64,000 nt of DNA from Neodothiora populina. Taxonomy: Eukaryota. Made by a program: the position numbers and the translations under genes. The notes below the pieces were generated by a model. The model saw only the letters and a program-made list of their open reading frames with translations, was not told where the DNA came from and searched no databases. How positions within the stretch are numbered: position 1 is the first letter of the stretch; each line of letters opens with the position of its first letter. The DNA is taken from the NCBI RefSeq assembly GCF_041146345.1, contig NW_027191405.1:1736001-1800000 (forward strand), in the 5' to 3' direction. This document shows, piece by piece, positions 12,868 to 23,348 of the stretch.

Positions 12868-13735
12868 TTTATCGAACGGATGCTCTGAAGGAGCGGGGTA
12901 TAGTAAAGGGAATTCGGTGGTTATAGACAGAGCTCATTAACCACTTATTGTCGCGGAGTTGGCGTCAAGATCGACAAGATAGGGGGGCAAACACCAAGAA
13001 ATGGGCTTGCTTGCTTATCTGCTGCACTTCTGTTTGGAGAAGTACGAGAAAGTGACGGAGGGGTAGGAAAAAAAGGTGCGGGTAGTGTGGTGCGAGATAA
13101 GGAAGTGAACAAGCCAGGATTAAGCGCATTGCATGAAAGATATATGATGCTCAAACACTTTATTGCCGCACATTTTACGGGCCACAGGGCAAACCCAGAG
13201 ACTTTACTTCTATGTGAAGGATCTAACTTGCGTATGCCGTCTCAATAGGACGTTGCATAATTGGACCATGGCAGCGGCAGTATCTCTGTGTCACGTCAGC
13301 GACGCCACATTGGGGTTGAGAACGCCAGGCCCACCCGAAGATCCAAGGCCGGGCGGCGTCGAACAAGCGTGGGTGCCAAGTTCAACTGTGCGCATTATAG
13401 TGTGGAGGCGCTAGCAACCCTTGATCGCATCTGCGGCAACGTCTTCGCCGATGTGGAAATAATTGTCACTTACTTCGTGCTCACTTTGCGGATGTCGCTT
13501 GAGTTCATAAGAGTATTTGTGGCTGCGACATCCTGGCTTGAAGGAAAATTGCGTGCTCGGGATACTTTTTGAGAGAGATATATATCACCAGTCCAGTCCT
13601 AGTGCCCGAGACTTCCAAATTTACGAAGAAAAACTTGACACCTTTCGCCCATTCATGTGTACTTGCGTGCCCCTAGCACTGGATCTTATGGTCCATCGAC
13701 CACATGGTAACTGACGCACGAGCAAGTATCGGCGA

Positions 13736-14593
13736 CTACGACACGAAAAGCGCTCGATTTGTCATGATGCTGCTACGCGTTGCTTCGTGGTATGCAGCTG
13801 AATGTTGCAATTCATTGTTATGAGTCGGACCAGCACGCATACGACGGAATGCGCCGATATCTTCACCACCGACCCACCAGGCCGCAGCCCGCACGAGTTC
13901 CAGTACAGACTCGAGTTCGTCTTCGTCTCTAGGACTGTAGACCATGACGAAGCCTCCGGGTACAAAGCGCTCAAGCCAACCGCCTCTAGCAAGAGGGTGC
14001 CTTTCTCCCCATCCGGCATCCAACATTACCTTCGCATCCGCAGGATGCAATGTGAGGTGTAGCGATCCGTCGGAAGCGTGCGCATGGCAAATTTCACCGC
14101 CACAGGTACGTCGCAGCGGATGGGTGGAAAAGATGCCGCGCCCATGTTTCTCGAAGCAAGACGTACCTTCCTCGATATGTTCATTCTGTTCGGCAATTTG
14201 ACTTATTGCTGCGGACAAAGCTGCAAAGTGATGGGGAGACCCGTGCTGGGTGACCTGTCGGTGCGGCGCTATGCCAAAGGTCTTTGGGCGTAGGCCTTGA
14301 CGTTCAGCCAGAGATGTTAAACAACCCTTGGTCGAGGTTAGATGCCTTGGTAACGGCGGTGCTTCGAGCGCATCACGCAGAGCAAAGACTCCCAGAAGTT
14401 TGATACGAAGATAGCCGAAGATTGTTGCAGGCGTTCCGCCAGGGCCCAATGCTATAAACTTCCGATAGTCCAGGTAAAGGAATCGAAAAGTAGGAACAAG
14501 CACTGTGATGGCTAGTATGGGCGCCAGGAACAGGTTGATACTGCTTGCTCGGAGTTTGTCATTGATTGACTCTGTGAGATGTGGGAAGATCAT
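13736..14593 (-). CDS. Fungal luciferase (Luz)/DUF5519-family protein
   Basis: N-terminal TM helix, then DYRKFIALGPGGTP..GY, RP...GIAPHRQ.TQ, S.FEKH, EICHAHASDGSLHLTLHPADAK..GWGERHPLA, VYSPRDEDE. This motif order matches basidiomycete Luz. First ATG at 14593. Confidence 0.8.
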   Translation of the reverse strand: MIFPHLTESINDKLRASSINLFLAPILAITVLVPTFRFLYLDYRKFIALGPGGTPATIFGYLRIKLLGVFALRDALEAPPLPRHLTSTKGCLTSLAERQGLRPKTFGIAPHRQVTQHGSPHHFAALSAAISQIAEQNEHIEEGTSCFEKHGRGIFSTHPLRRTCGGEICHAHASDGSLHLTLHPADAKVMLDAGWGERHPLARGGWLERFVPGGFVMVYSPRDEDELESVLELVRAAAWWVGGEDIGAFRRMRAGPTHNNELQHSAAYHEATRSSIMTNRALFVS

Positions 14594-15647
14594 CCTGATT
14601 TGACGATTCAGAATTGCACCCTGCTGCTGTCTACCGAACCCGCGCTGCAAGATGGCCGGACGCAGAAGCTACCGTTGTAACACTCAATTATACGAGTAAG
14701 TAGCTCAACCACCGTCTTGAGCATTCTTCAACCTTGATTGGGATGTTGAACTCAGCTTCAGATTTCAAAATTAGGCCTAGAAGCTGTCTAAAACAGCTAT
14801 GGTTCACTGTTTTTGGAGGTTGTAGACAGCTTCCCGCAACGGTTTCGAGTCCGAATCCTACAAGGTAAGATAAGCTTGGCTCTCAGTCCCGAATTGGACA
14901 GATAGAATTAATACACGAAACGATGAAGACCTGTCAATCCTACTGACCTGCGGATATTGCAGTAGTCATATGATAATATAGAACAGACAATTGTTTGCTG
15001 CTTGCGCACAATTCTTCTCGTGGTATCCTCGGAGCTGCGCCGTAGGGAAAAAACAAAGTACGGCCCTGCTACACCGTTACTTCACTTCGTGACAAGGATT
15101 CTACCTAAGTCAAGGTACAGCGAGTCCAGGCGTCCAACGCTTACGCGGGATACAAGGCTAAACCGATCTCCCAAGAAGGTACGAGTCGTAGCTAAGATTG
15201 TCAAGCTATACGAGTGATGGCATGCCGCGGCCGATCGATTTCTTAAGCTTTTGCTTGGTTCCGATCACCAGTCCCCCCCCAGCTCGATGTGTAATTATCT
15301 GTACGGAGCAAGCAGCGCGCCACAGAAGCGTGCGGGGGAGAATGTTCTGTGATAGCGCAACATGATCAGCAACGGCAGTCGCGAACACATGGTTCCATTA
15401 GCGGCCTATATTCTTAGTTGCATTAGCCTCTAGATGCATCTGAGGCCACTGCTTAGGACCCAAGTTCGTGTGTTCTTACCAGTGAGGTCCCTGATGTTGT
15501 CGATATGTGACTGGCTTGGCGCGACATAGGTGGCTGCATTTTCTGATAGAAAATGAATGTCTTCCATGCACGAGTGACGCTCTTACTGTCGAACCTGGGT
15601 GCGGAATCCAAACTTGTTTATTTGCAATGAATCGAAGGTAAGGACAT

Positions 15648-17585
15648 CTAGAGCTTGGTACTCTTGACCAGGCCCTTCTTGATACCCGTGAGTTCTCCAC
15701 CGTAGCCGCCTCTGCCTTCGCCGCCCTTGTACACTGGTCTCATACTGGCCAGCTTCTTCTTCTTCTCGTCGTACTTCTTTCTCTTCTTGACACGTGGGTT
15801 GCGCACATCCTTCTTGCGGTGGGGTGTCAATCCTTTGTTTTTCTCGATGGCGTACGTGATGGCACGCTTGCCGTCAGGGCCAAGCTCAAGCTTCTCCACA
15901 ACGCGGCCGCCTTGCTGTGCAGCTTCCTTGTACGCCTCCGAAGCAGCCTTCTTGTCTGCCTTCTTTCGTGCCGACTTGGCAGCCACCATGTCGTAGTATT
16001 CTTCGTCACTGTTGGCGGCAGCACGGAGCTCCTTGGCTTGTCGGCGATCCTCTTCGTCACTGTCATCGCCTAATACGTCCCTCTCGTTGTTCTTTCCACG
16101 CTTCTCAGCTTCGGCGTTGAGTCTGGCCTGACGATCTCTGAGACGCTCCCTGTATGGTATGTCATCGTCTCCACCAGCGTTTCTGCCAGCAGCACCACGC
16201 TTGTTGGCCTTTTGAGCGATCTGAGAGGTGTAGAAGCGCAAGCTCTTCTTGCGTTTGGCCTTCTCTGCCAGTTGTTGTTCAGTGAGCTCCGAGTCCTCAC
16301 CAAAGTCGGAGTCTTCGTCATCCAGGACTCTGGGCTCTGACTGGGTCGCAATCTTGGTAGCACGACGACTCGGTGCTTTGGTAAGAGCATCCAAGTCGGC
16401 GAGGTCGGCCTCTGCCTTAGCCATCCTCTCAGCGCGGCGAGCAGCAGCTTCCTTCTGGACGGCTTCAGCAGCCTTCTGTGCTCTGCTCTTTTTGGTCTTG
16501 CGTGTGTTGTTCTTCGCGTTGTCGATAGCAGACATGTCGATGCCCTCGTCTTCCTCGCTTTCGGCCTCGGACATGTCAGACGCCGACTCTCCAGATGTTA
16601 TGTCCTCGGGAAGGTCCTTGACATTCTCCCAAAGCTGTTGACATTGTACTAAGCTGTCCATAACGGGATGATCTCTTAGAGTAGTGGCAGAGAGCGCCAG
16701 GCCACTGGTGGCGCTGTCGTCGGCGGTTGAGGTGAGGAGTGCGAAATACATGGTCAACGAAGCCAGGTAGGCGGTGGCAGCCTGACGCTTAGCGATTGTG
16801 ACGGGCGATGTCGCGGAAGATGTAGTCGTGAGCTCCTTGTGCCGTGCCTGCAGCTTCAAGAGCTCTTTGCTAAGTGGCTCGAATTCGGGATATCTTGCCT
16901 TGAGTGCTTTGACACGTTCTGCAGGTCCCATGCTGTCGCTGACCTCGAGCTGAGGAAGCACTTCGGTGACGACCGCCTGGTCTCCGTCTTGGTCATCTTC
17001 GTCCATGCCCTCTGCGCCTCCTGTCTGCCATTCGGACTCGTCAAAGCCATAGTCTGCCTCACTCATCGCTGCCAGCTGTTTCTTCTGAATTCTCAGGGCC
17101 TCTGCTTCTTCGTCCAATGCATCCTGCTCTGTCTCTATAGCATCTGCGTTGTAGTAGTCTTGTTTCGACGCGCCCCAGCCTTCGGCCTCCTCTTCCTCGT
17201 CGGCATGTTTCCGCTCTGTATCGTCATCATACTCATCATCGTCTTGCTGGTCGACCTCTTCTTCGTCTTCGGATGCGTCAGAGTAACCCAGGACCTCTTC
17301 TTCCGACTGCTCTAAGAACTCGTCTGTCAAACTTGTCAGCACAAATGTAGCTTGGAACATGGCCCTCTCCGTCGTGTGAATCATACCATTATCCTGCCAT
17401 GCTTTCTGCTTCTTGGCTGCCGGGCCGTCGTCCAGAAGAACTTTGTCTCGACTGATGTGAAACTCGTCGTCTGAGCCAGCGACATCTTCATAAGTATCGA
17501 TGCGCAGTCTGGTTCTTTTGTTGGATGAATCCGGGACTGCTTCCTGGGCAGTAGATGCTGCATTCGCCTTTCTCTTTTTCGCCAT
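15648..17585 (-). CDS. SAS10: Sas10/Utp3 SSU processome subunit (probable in-frame intron 17324-17386)
   Basis: C-terminal KRAITYAIEKNKGLTPHRKKDVRNPRVKKRKKY..YGGELTGIK Sas10 domain, acidic N-terminus and WG..K.DYY motif. Confidence 0.95.
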   Translation of the reverse strand: MAKKRKANAASTAQEAVPDSSNKRTRLRIDTYEDVAGSDDEFHISRDKVLLDDGPAAKKQKAWQDNGMIHTTERAMFQATFVLTSLTDEFLEQSEEEVLGYSDASEDEEEVDQQDDDEYDDDTERKHADEEEEAEGWGASKQDYYNADAIETEQDALDEEAEALRIQKKQLAAMSEADYGFDESEWQTGGAEGMDEDDQDGDQAVVTEVLPQLEVSDSMGPAERVKALKARYPEFEPLSKELLKLQARHKELTTTSSATSPVTIAKRQAATAYLASLTMYFALLTSTADDSATSGLALSATTLRDHPVMDSLVQCQQLWENVKDLPEDITSGESASDMSEAESEEDEGIDMSAIDNAKNNTRKTKKSRAQKAAEAVQKEAAARRAERMAKAEADLADLDALTKAPSRRATKIATQSEPRVLDDEDSDFGEDSELTEQQLAEKAKRKKSLRFYTSQIAQKANKRGAAGRNAGGDDDIPYRERLRDRQARLNAEAEKRGKNNERDVLGDDSDEEDRRQAKELRAAANSDEEYYDMVAAKSARKKADKKAASEAYKEAAQQGGRVVEKLELGPDGKRAITYAIEKNKGLTPHRKKDVRNPRVKKRKKYDEKKKKLASMRPVYKGGEGRGGYGGELTGIKKGLVKSTKL

Positions 17586-17958
17586 TTTCGGGGTTGTTGT
17601 GATGGGGTGTACGTGTACAAGTTTTGATTGATGTCGATAAATTGGCGGAATAAAGATTTTGTGAGAAAGTTTGGGAATAAACGCCGCCGCCGGTCATTCG
17701 CAAACTCCGATTGCCTGCGTGGTTTGCTCTGTTTGTTCTTTGGCTTTTGACCCCATGCTGTTATAGGACTCCATTTATCTGAGCATATCACTTTCAAGAG
17801 AGGGGCATGCATTTAAAATATTGTACTGCACGAGCGAGGTCAGCCACCATCATATGAGCATTACTGTTAAGTACCAAAGCAAGCAAGAAAGACTGCTGTT
17901 CTTCGTGTGAACAAATAATCTAGTGCTATACATATTGACACTCGTCTCATTGCTTCCA

Positions 17959-19197
17959 ATGTGGGTGTTGACTGTAGTGGGTATCTTGACACTCATGTTC
18001 GCTTTGGACATGACGGGTTTCTTTTCCAAAAACCATCTTGTAGTAGATGGAAGAGTAAGCCAATATGATTTCCTTCTCTCTCCATACACACTGCCGTTCC
18101 ATAAGACGACATCGAGTGCAAGTAGATAGAAACATGCTGACATTTTTGTGCTTTTGGCAAGACTGTTGTCATCACTGGTGGCTCCCAGGGCATGGGACGT
18201 GGTCTGGCGAAACTGTTTTCCAAGAGAGGAGCGAACGTGGTGATTGTCGCTCGAGGAGAAGAGAATCTCATCAAGACCTTGAATGACATCAAAGTAAGCT
18301 CCTCTTCTCATTCGTTTCTTTATCTTAAGTCTCTCATGCTCAAACCCACTTGTCCAGGCCGTTGCGATCAGACCTGATCAGAAAATCCACTACATCAGCG
18401 CGGACGTGACCAAGCCCGAGGAGAACTCTCGGATCCTCGCAGAGGTCCAAGCATGGAACGACGGACGAGCGCCCGATATCGTCTGGGCCAATGCTGGATC
18501 ATCCGTGCCAGGCCTATTCGCCGATACTTCCATCGAAACACTGCGATCGCAAATGGACATCAACTACTGGGCCGCAGCGTACCTAGCCCACGTGACATTG
18601 AACATGTGGACTCGCACCCCATCTGCAGCAGCCACCACAACAACAGCAGCAAAGCCCACATCGCCCCGCCACTTCATCATGACAAGCTCATCAGCGGCGT
18701 TCGTAGGCGTAGCAGGCTACGGCACATACTCACCCGCGAAAGCAGCAATGCGGTCCCTAGCAGACAATCTCCGCTCGGAAGTAAACCTATACAACGGCGC
18801 GCGCCAGCACCAGCCCTCATCACCAACCGCCCCAGCAGCAGACATCAAAATCCACATCGTCTGCCCCGGCACGATCCTGAGCGAAGGGCACGCGCGCGAA
18901 GACGCGACCAAGCACGAGATCACCCGCATCCTCGAGGCGGGCGACCCGCGACAGACCGAGGACGAAGTCGCGGCCGCTGCCGTGTCCGGGCTGGATCGGG
19001 GCCATTATCTCATCACGACGCAGTTTCTGGGCCATGCTATGCGCGCCAGCTCGTTGCAGGGTAGTCCGAGGAATGGGTGGGGGGTTGTGGATACTTTGTT
19101 TAGTTGGGTCACGAGTGTGGCTTGGTTGTTCATCGGGCCGGATATGGAGGGTAAGGTGTTCAAGTATGGCAAGCAGCATGGTTTGGCGAGCAAGTAG
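17959..19197 (+). CDS. TSC10: 3-ketodihydrosphingosine reductase (SDR), introns 18055-18161 and 18294-18358
   Basis: N-terminal TM segment, TVVITGGSQGMG, ANAG, YSPAKAAMRSLADNLRSE (YxxxK) and SPRNGW C-terminal pattern of Tsc10/KsrA. Confidence 0.88.
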
Positions 19198-19409
19198 GTA
19201 GTAATCGGTGAAAGTAGGCAAATCATGTATTAGATACTATTATTTATATATATGTAAAAAGATCGCCACCTCAAGGGCTTGGTTTCACCATGATACATGA
19301 CTGGAAAAACCCCCCTCGAACAGTCCTACGATCAGCGTCCTCGAAGAAAGTCCAGGAACATCAAAAAAGAGCCCACCAGCCTTCGCAACCACTCAATCAC
19401 CGCTCCCGC

Positions 19410-21030
19410 TCAAGCAGAAGCCAACACATCAAGCGACGACCCGATAGACGAACAGACCCTCTCAGCGAACCTCTGTTCGTCGTCGACCCCCAAGACGCCC
19501 AGCTGCCAAGTGAGCATCAAGACCATATCGCCGCCTTTGAGCGTGACGACGTTGAAGTTCAGACCGCTGCCGACGGCGTTGGCGGGTTGCGAGAACAGGA
19601 CCGAGGAGAGCGTCCAGTCCTCGGTGTCTCTGGGACTTGTTGTTGACGTCGATTGGGGTTCGGCACGAGGACTGAAACTCAGCAGATTACTCAGCTCGTA
19701 CGACGAGTCGCGCGGTTTGCCCACTTGGTCCTTCATCCACGGGTAGAAGTTACGGAGGTACGCCAGCAGACCAACAGGTTGATCGACGAGCGACTCTGCG
19801 CGCCTCGCGAGGCCCTCGGTCGTGGCGCGCGAAGCGACCCAGATCGAGGCGTCGTCGGCCGCCGCGGCCCAGCCTGTCCAGGCGTTGACGTCTGCGCGCG
19901 CGAACAGCTCGAAGTAGACGCTTGCGCACACGGCCATGTCGTCGTCGCTGAGGGATGCGGCGTGGCGGCGCAGGTCGACTGCTGTGCCGGAAACGAAGGA
20001 CCCGGCTGTCTCTGCTGGGATGCCTTGGCTCAGCGCTCGCACGATCAGTTGGTGCAGCAGGCCGGTGAATTTCGTCGAGTGGGATTTGCATTTCGCTAGC
20101 ACTTTCGTCATGGTTTCGTTGTTGACCGTGACGAAGTCGAGGCCGGTTTTGAATGTTGATGGGTTGTCGTCGTCGTGGAAGGTTGGTTCGCCGCGCCATT
20201 GGTCGGGGGACTCGGGAGTCGCTGCGGCGCGGAGATTGAAGTAGTCTGTGATGGTCTTGGGGAGATATGCGCCGAGTAGTGGCGAGAGAAGATATGACCA
20301 GGTGATCTTGAGCTGGCCGCCTTCGTCTATGGGTGGTGGAAGAGGTTTGGTCGTAGCAGCGTCACTCAGCGATATCTTCGTCTCGTCATCGTACGGACAC
20401 GTTGGACTCGAAGACATCCGGAGCCCTGAAAGAAAAGATTGATGAAAAGCCAACCCGGACTTGCCATCGCCATGTGAGTGATAATAAGCAAGAAGGATGA
20501 GATATCGGTTTCGGCCATTGCGGCTCGCAAGAGGCACGATAACGACCTTCCAAGGGGGAATCTCATCACGAGCCGTCAGGACTTGATCATGGATCTGTGG
20601 TATCACAAGTTTGATGACATCCCGTTCCAGCATGGCATCGTAGCGATCTGACACGTCCTTGCCCTCGAGCAATTGAACATGGTTGTTCAAGTCTAGGTGC
20701 GGCGGCCTTGCGTATGCCGGCGATTCGGTTGCTTCACCAATGATTGTAGTCGAAAGAACTGGGTGAGTCGCAATGCAATGCTTGATCGCCTTTATCGCGG
20801 ATTGTCTGATCCAGTCCTTGGGGGGCCCATCTGCGATTGAGCACTCGTATATTCCACCGACGATGAGACATCGATAGTAGTCGAGTGTCTGACGCACAAT
20901 ACAGCGTCGCTCATTGATTCCTTGTTCATCACTGCGTTAGACTAGGACTTCTTCGCAATCATCCAAAGGAACGACACATGTTGGATGGCAAGATTGGTCA
21001 CCTACCAGCAAGTCGAAGTGTCGTCGTCAT
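19410..21030 (-). CDS. Alcohol acetyltransferase family (Atf/Sli1-like), intron 20921-21005
   Basis: Short exon 1 MTTTLRLAG spliced to INERRC; HPVLS, PPWKVVI, catalytic HxxxD (HSHGDGKSG), SYELSNL, FSQPA. Confidence 0.85.
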
Positions 21031-21633
21031 TGCTTGCTGCTGTTGTATGCACTCACGTATAGAAACGATGGTACGCTCCACAGAGTACAACACGGTATCT
21101 TTGGCAGTAGTCAAAACGTCAAATACTATACTACCTTGCCAGCATGAGAGACTTTTCGCTCTGGTGGATACTAGGTATATAGGCAACAACAGTCCTCTCG
21201 GCTAACCATGCAGCTTGCACGGTACTGCATCTCACACAGCATCAAGAAGCCTCGGATATACAGGCAACGACATTTCCACGAGCTCGAAGGAAGACGTTTA
21301 ATTCAACTAAGGTGAACGTCTTGACTCGTTTTCCACCCACCATCAAGGTTCGCGGGCGGCGGACGCCTCGGCTTCGTGGGACCCACTCCATAGGTACTGG
21401 AGCCGACTACGGCAAGGTATGTCAGGTACATACATTTGTGACATTGTGCTGCTAACATTAGGTAGACAATGATTCGACATCTATATCTGCAACCACGAAG
21501 TAGTATATAGATCTACCTGTGACATCTGGATCTCATAAGCATTGAGCAACTGCAACAGCATCAACACCTACTTTCACCTCTGGAAACAATTCAACCCCGA
21601 ATCAAGAATTGAGAAACACCACTCCAGTCCATC

Positions 21634-23328
21634 ATGCGATACACAATCCCACGAAGCGATGAAGAAATCGCAGAAGATATGTACCAGCACGACCAGGAGG
21701 TCCAAAAAATATCCACACGGATGCGCGACTTCTACGCCCGAAAGGAACCCTACCGCATCTTCCACGGCTCGACGAACTCGACTCGAAACTACACCGTGGA
21801 CCCTGCGAAGATGATTGACACGCGCAGGCTGTATCGTATCATCTCGATTGACTTAGAGAAGTTGACGGCGCTCGTCGAGCCGAATGTGCCTATGGATAGA
21901 CTTTACAAGGCGACTTCCAATTTTGGGCTTGTGCCGCCTGTTGTTATGGAGTTTCCGGGTATTACGGTATGGTTCTTGCTTTTCTTTTCTTGCTTCTTGC
22001 ACTTGTCACGGTCTACGATGTCTGGGCAATCCAGCGAAAGACAAAAGCAATCAGTCGAGGACTAGGCTAATCTGGGTGTTTAGGTCGGCGGTGGATTCGC
22101 AGGAACATCGGGAGAGTCCAGTTCATTCAAACACGGCTTCTTCGACGCCACCATCAACTGGGCGCAGATCGTGCTGCCAAACGGCGACATCGTCAAGGCC
22201 TCGGAGACGGAGAATTCGGATCTGTTTCACGGAGCCGCAGGCAGTTTTGGTACTCTAGGAGTGGCTACGCTCTTCGAGATACGCCTGATCAAAGCCAAGG
22301 ACTACGTCGAGGTCGAGTATAGATCCGTGCCGTCACTGACGGGCACATTTGACGCTCTGAAACATGCTTACAACGACTCTTCCAACGACTACGTCGACGG
22401 CATCATGCTCGAGAAAAACCGTGGGCTCGTCATCACCGGCAAATTTACAAACACCATCAGCCCAGATGCCCCCTTACAGGGATTTCGAGAAGCGCGCGCC
22501 CCATGGTTCTACATACACGCAGACCGCATAACGCGGCCCTCGTTCTTCTCGTCGGCCTCTACCACAATCGTGAAAAAGGAAACAGTCTCCCTGATGGACT
22601 ACCTCTTCCGCTACGACCGCGGCGCCTTCTGGACCGGCGCCTACGCCTTCAAATACTTCCTTGTGCCTTTCAACCGCATCACGCGATGGGCGCTCGACGA
22701 CTTCATGAAGACCAGAGTCATGTATCATGCGCTGCACGCGAGCGGGCACGCGCGACAGTACATGATCCAGGACCTCGCTATCCCGGCGCACAATGCCGAG
22801 AAGTTCGTGGAGTATGTCGACGAGACTTTTGGATTCTATCCGCTGTGGCTGTGTCCGTTGCGCACTTCGCCTACGACGACGACAAGGAAAGTGTCGATGC
22901 ATCCACAGTCTACTTCTCCTTCTGGTGACGAGGATGATGGCTGGTTGGTGAATGTCGGAGTTTGGGGTCCAGGTCCGTCGGATTACAAGAAGTTTGTGCA
23001 AGTCAACAGAGATCTGGAGCGCGAGGTCAGGGAGCTGGGCGGGATGAAGTGGCTTTACGCTCAAGCCTTCTACACCGAAGACGAGTTCTGGGATATCTAC
23101 GGACCGCGCCAAGAGTATGATGCACTGAGAAGGAGATACCACGCCGATCATCTGCCGGACGTGTATGAGAAGGTGCGGGTGGATTTGTCGGAGATGGACG
23201 GGGACAAGTCGTATGTGGAATGGATCAAGGATGCTTTTTGGGCTACTTGGCCCATGACGGGGTTGTATGGTGTCTTACAGACGCTGGTCAGTAAGGACTA
23301 TCTGCTGTCGAAAGACAGGAAGGCGTGA
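21634..23328 (+). CDS. FAD-linked oxidoreductase, Delta24-sterol reductase (DHCR24/DWF1)-like, intron 21967-22083
   Basis: VEPNVPMDRL, PVVMEFPGITVGGGFAGTSGESSSFKHG, DLFHGAAGSFGTLG, DYLFRYDRGAFW, YPLWLCPL, KWLYAQAFY. Start is 21634 or 21679. Confidence 0.88.
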
Positions 23329-23348
23329 AAACCAAAGTGACTGTGACC

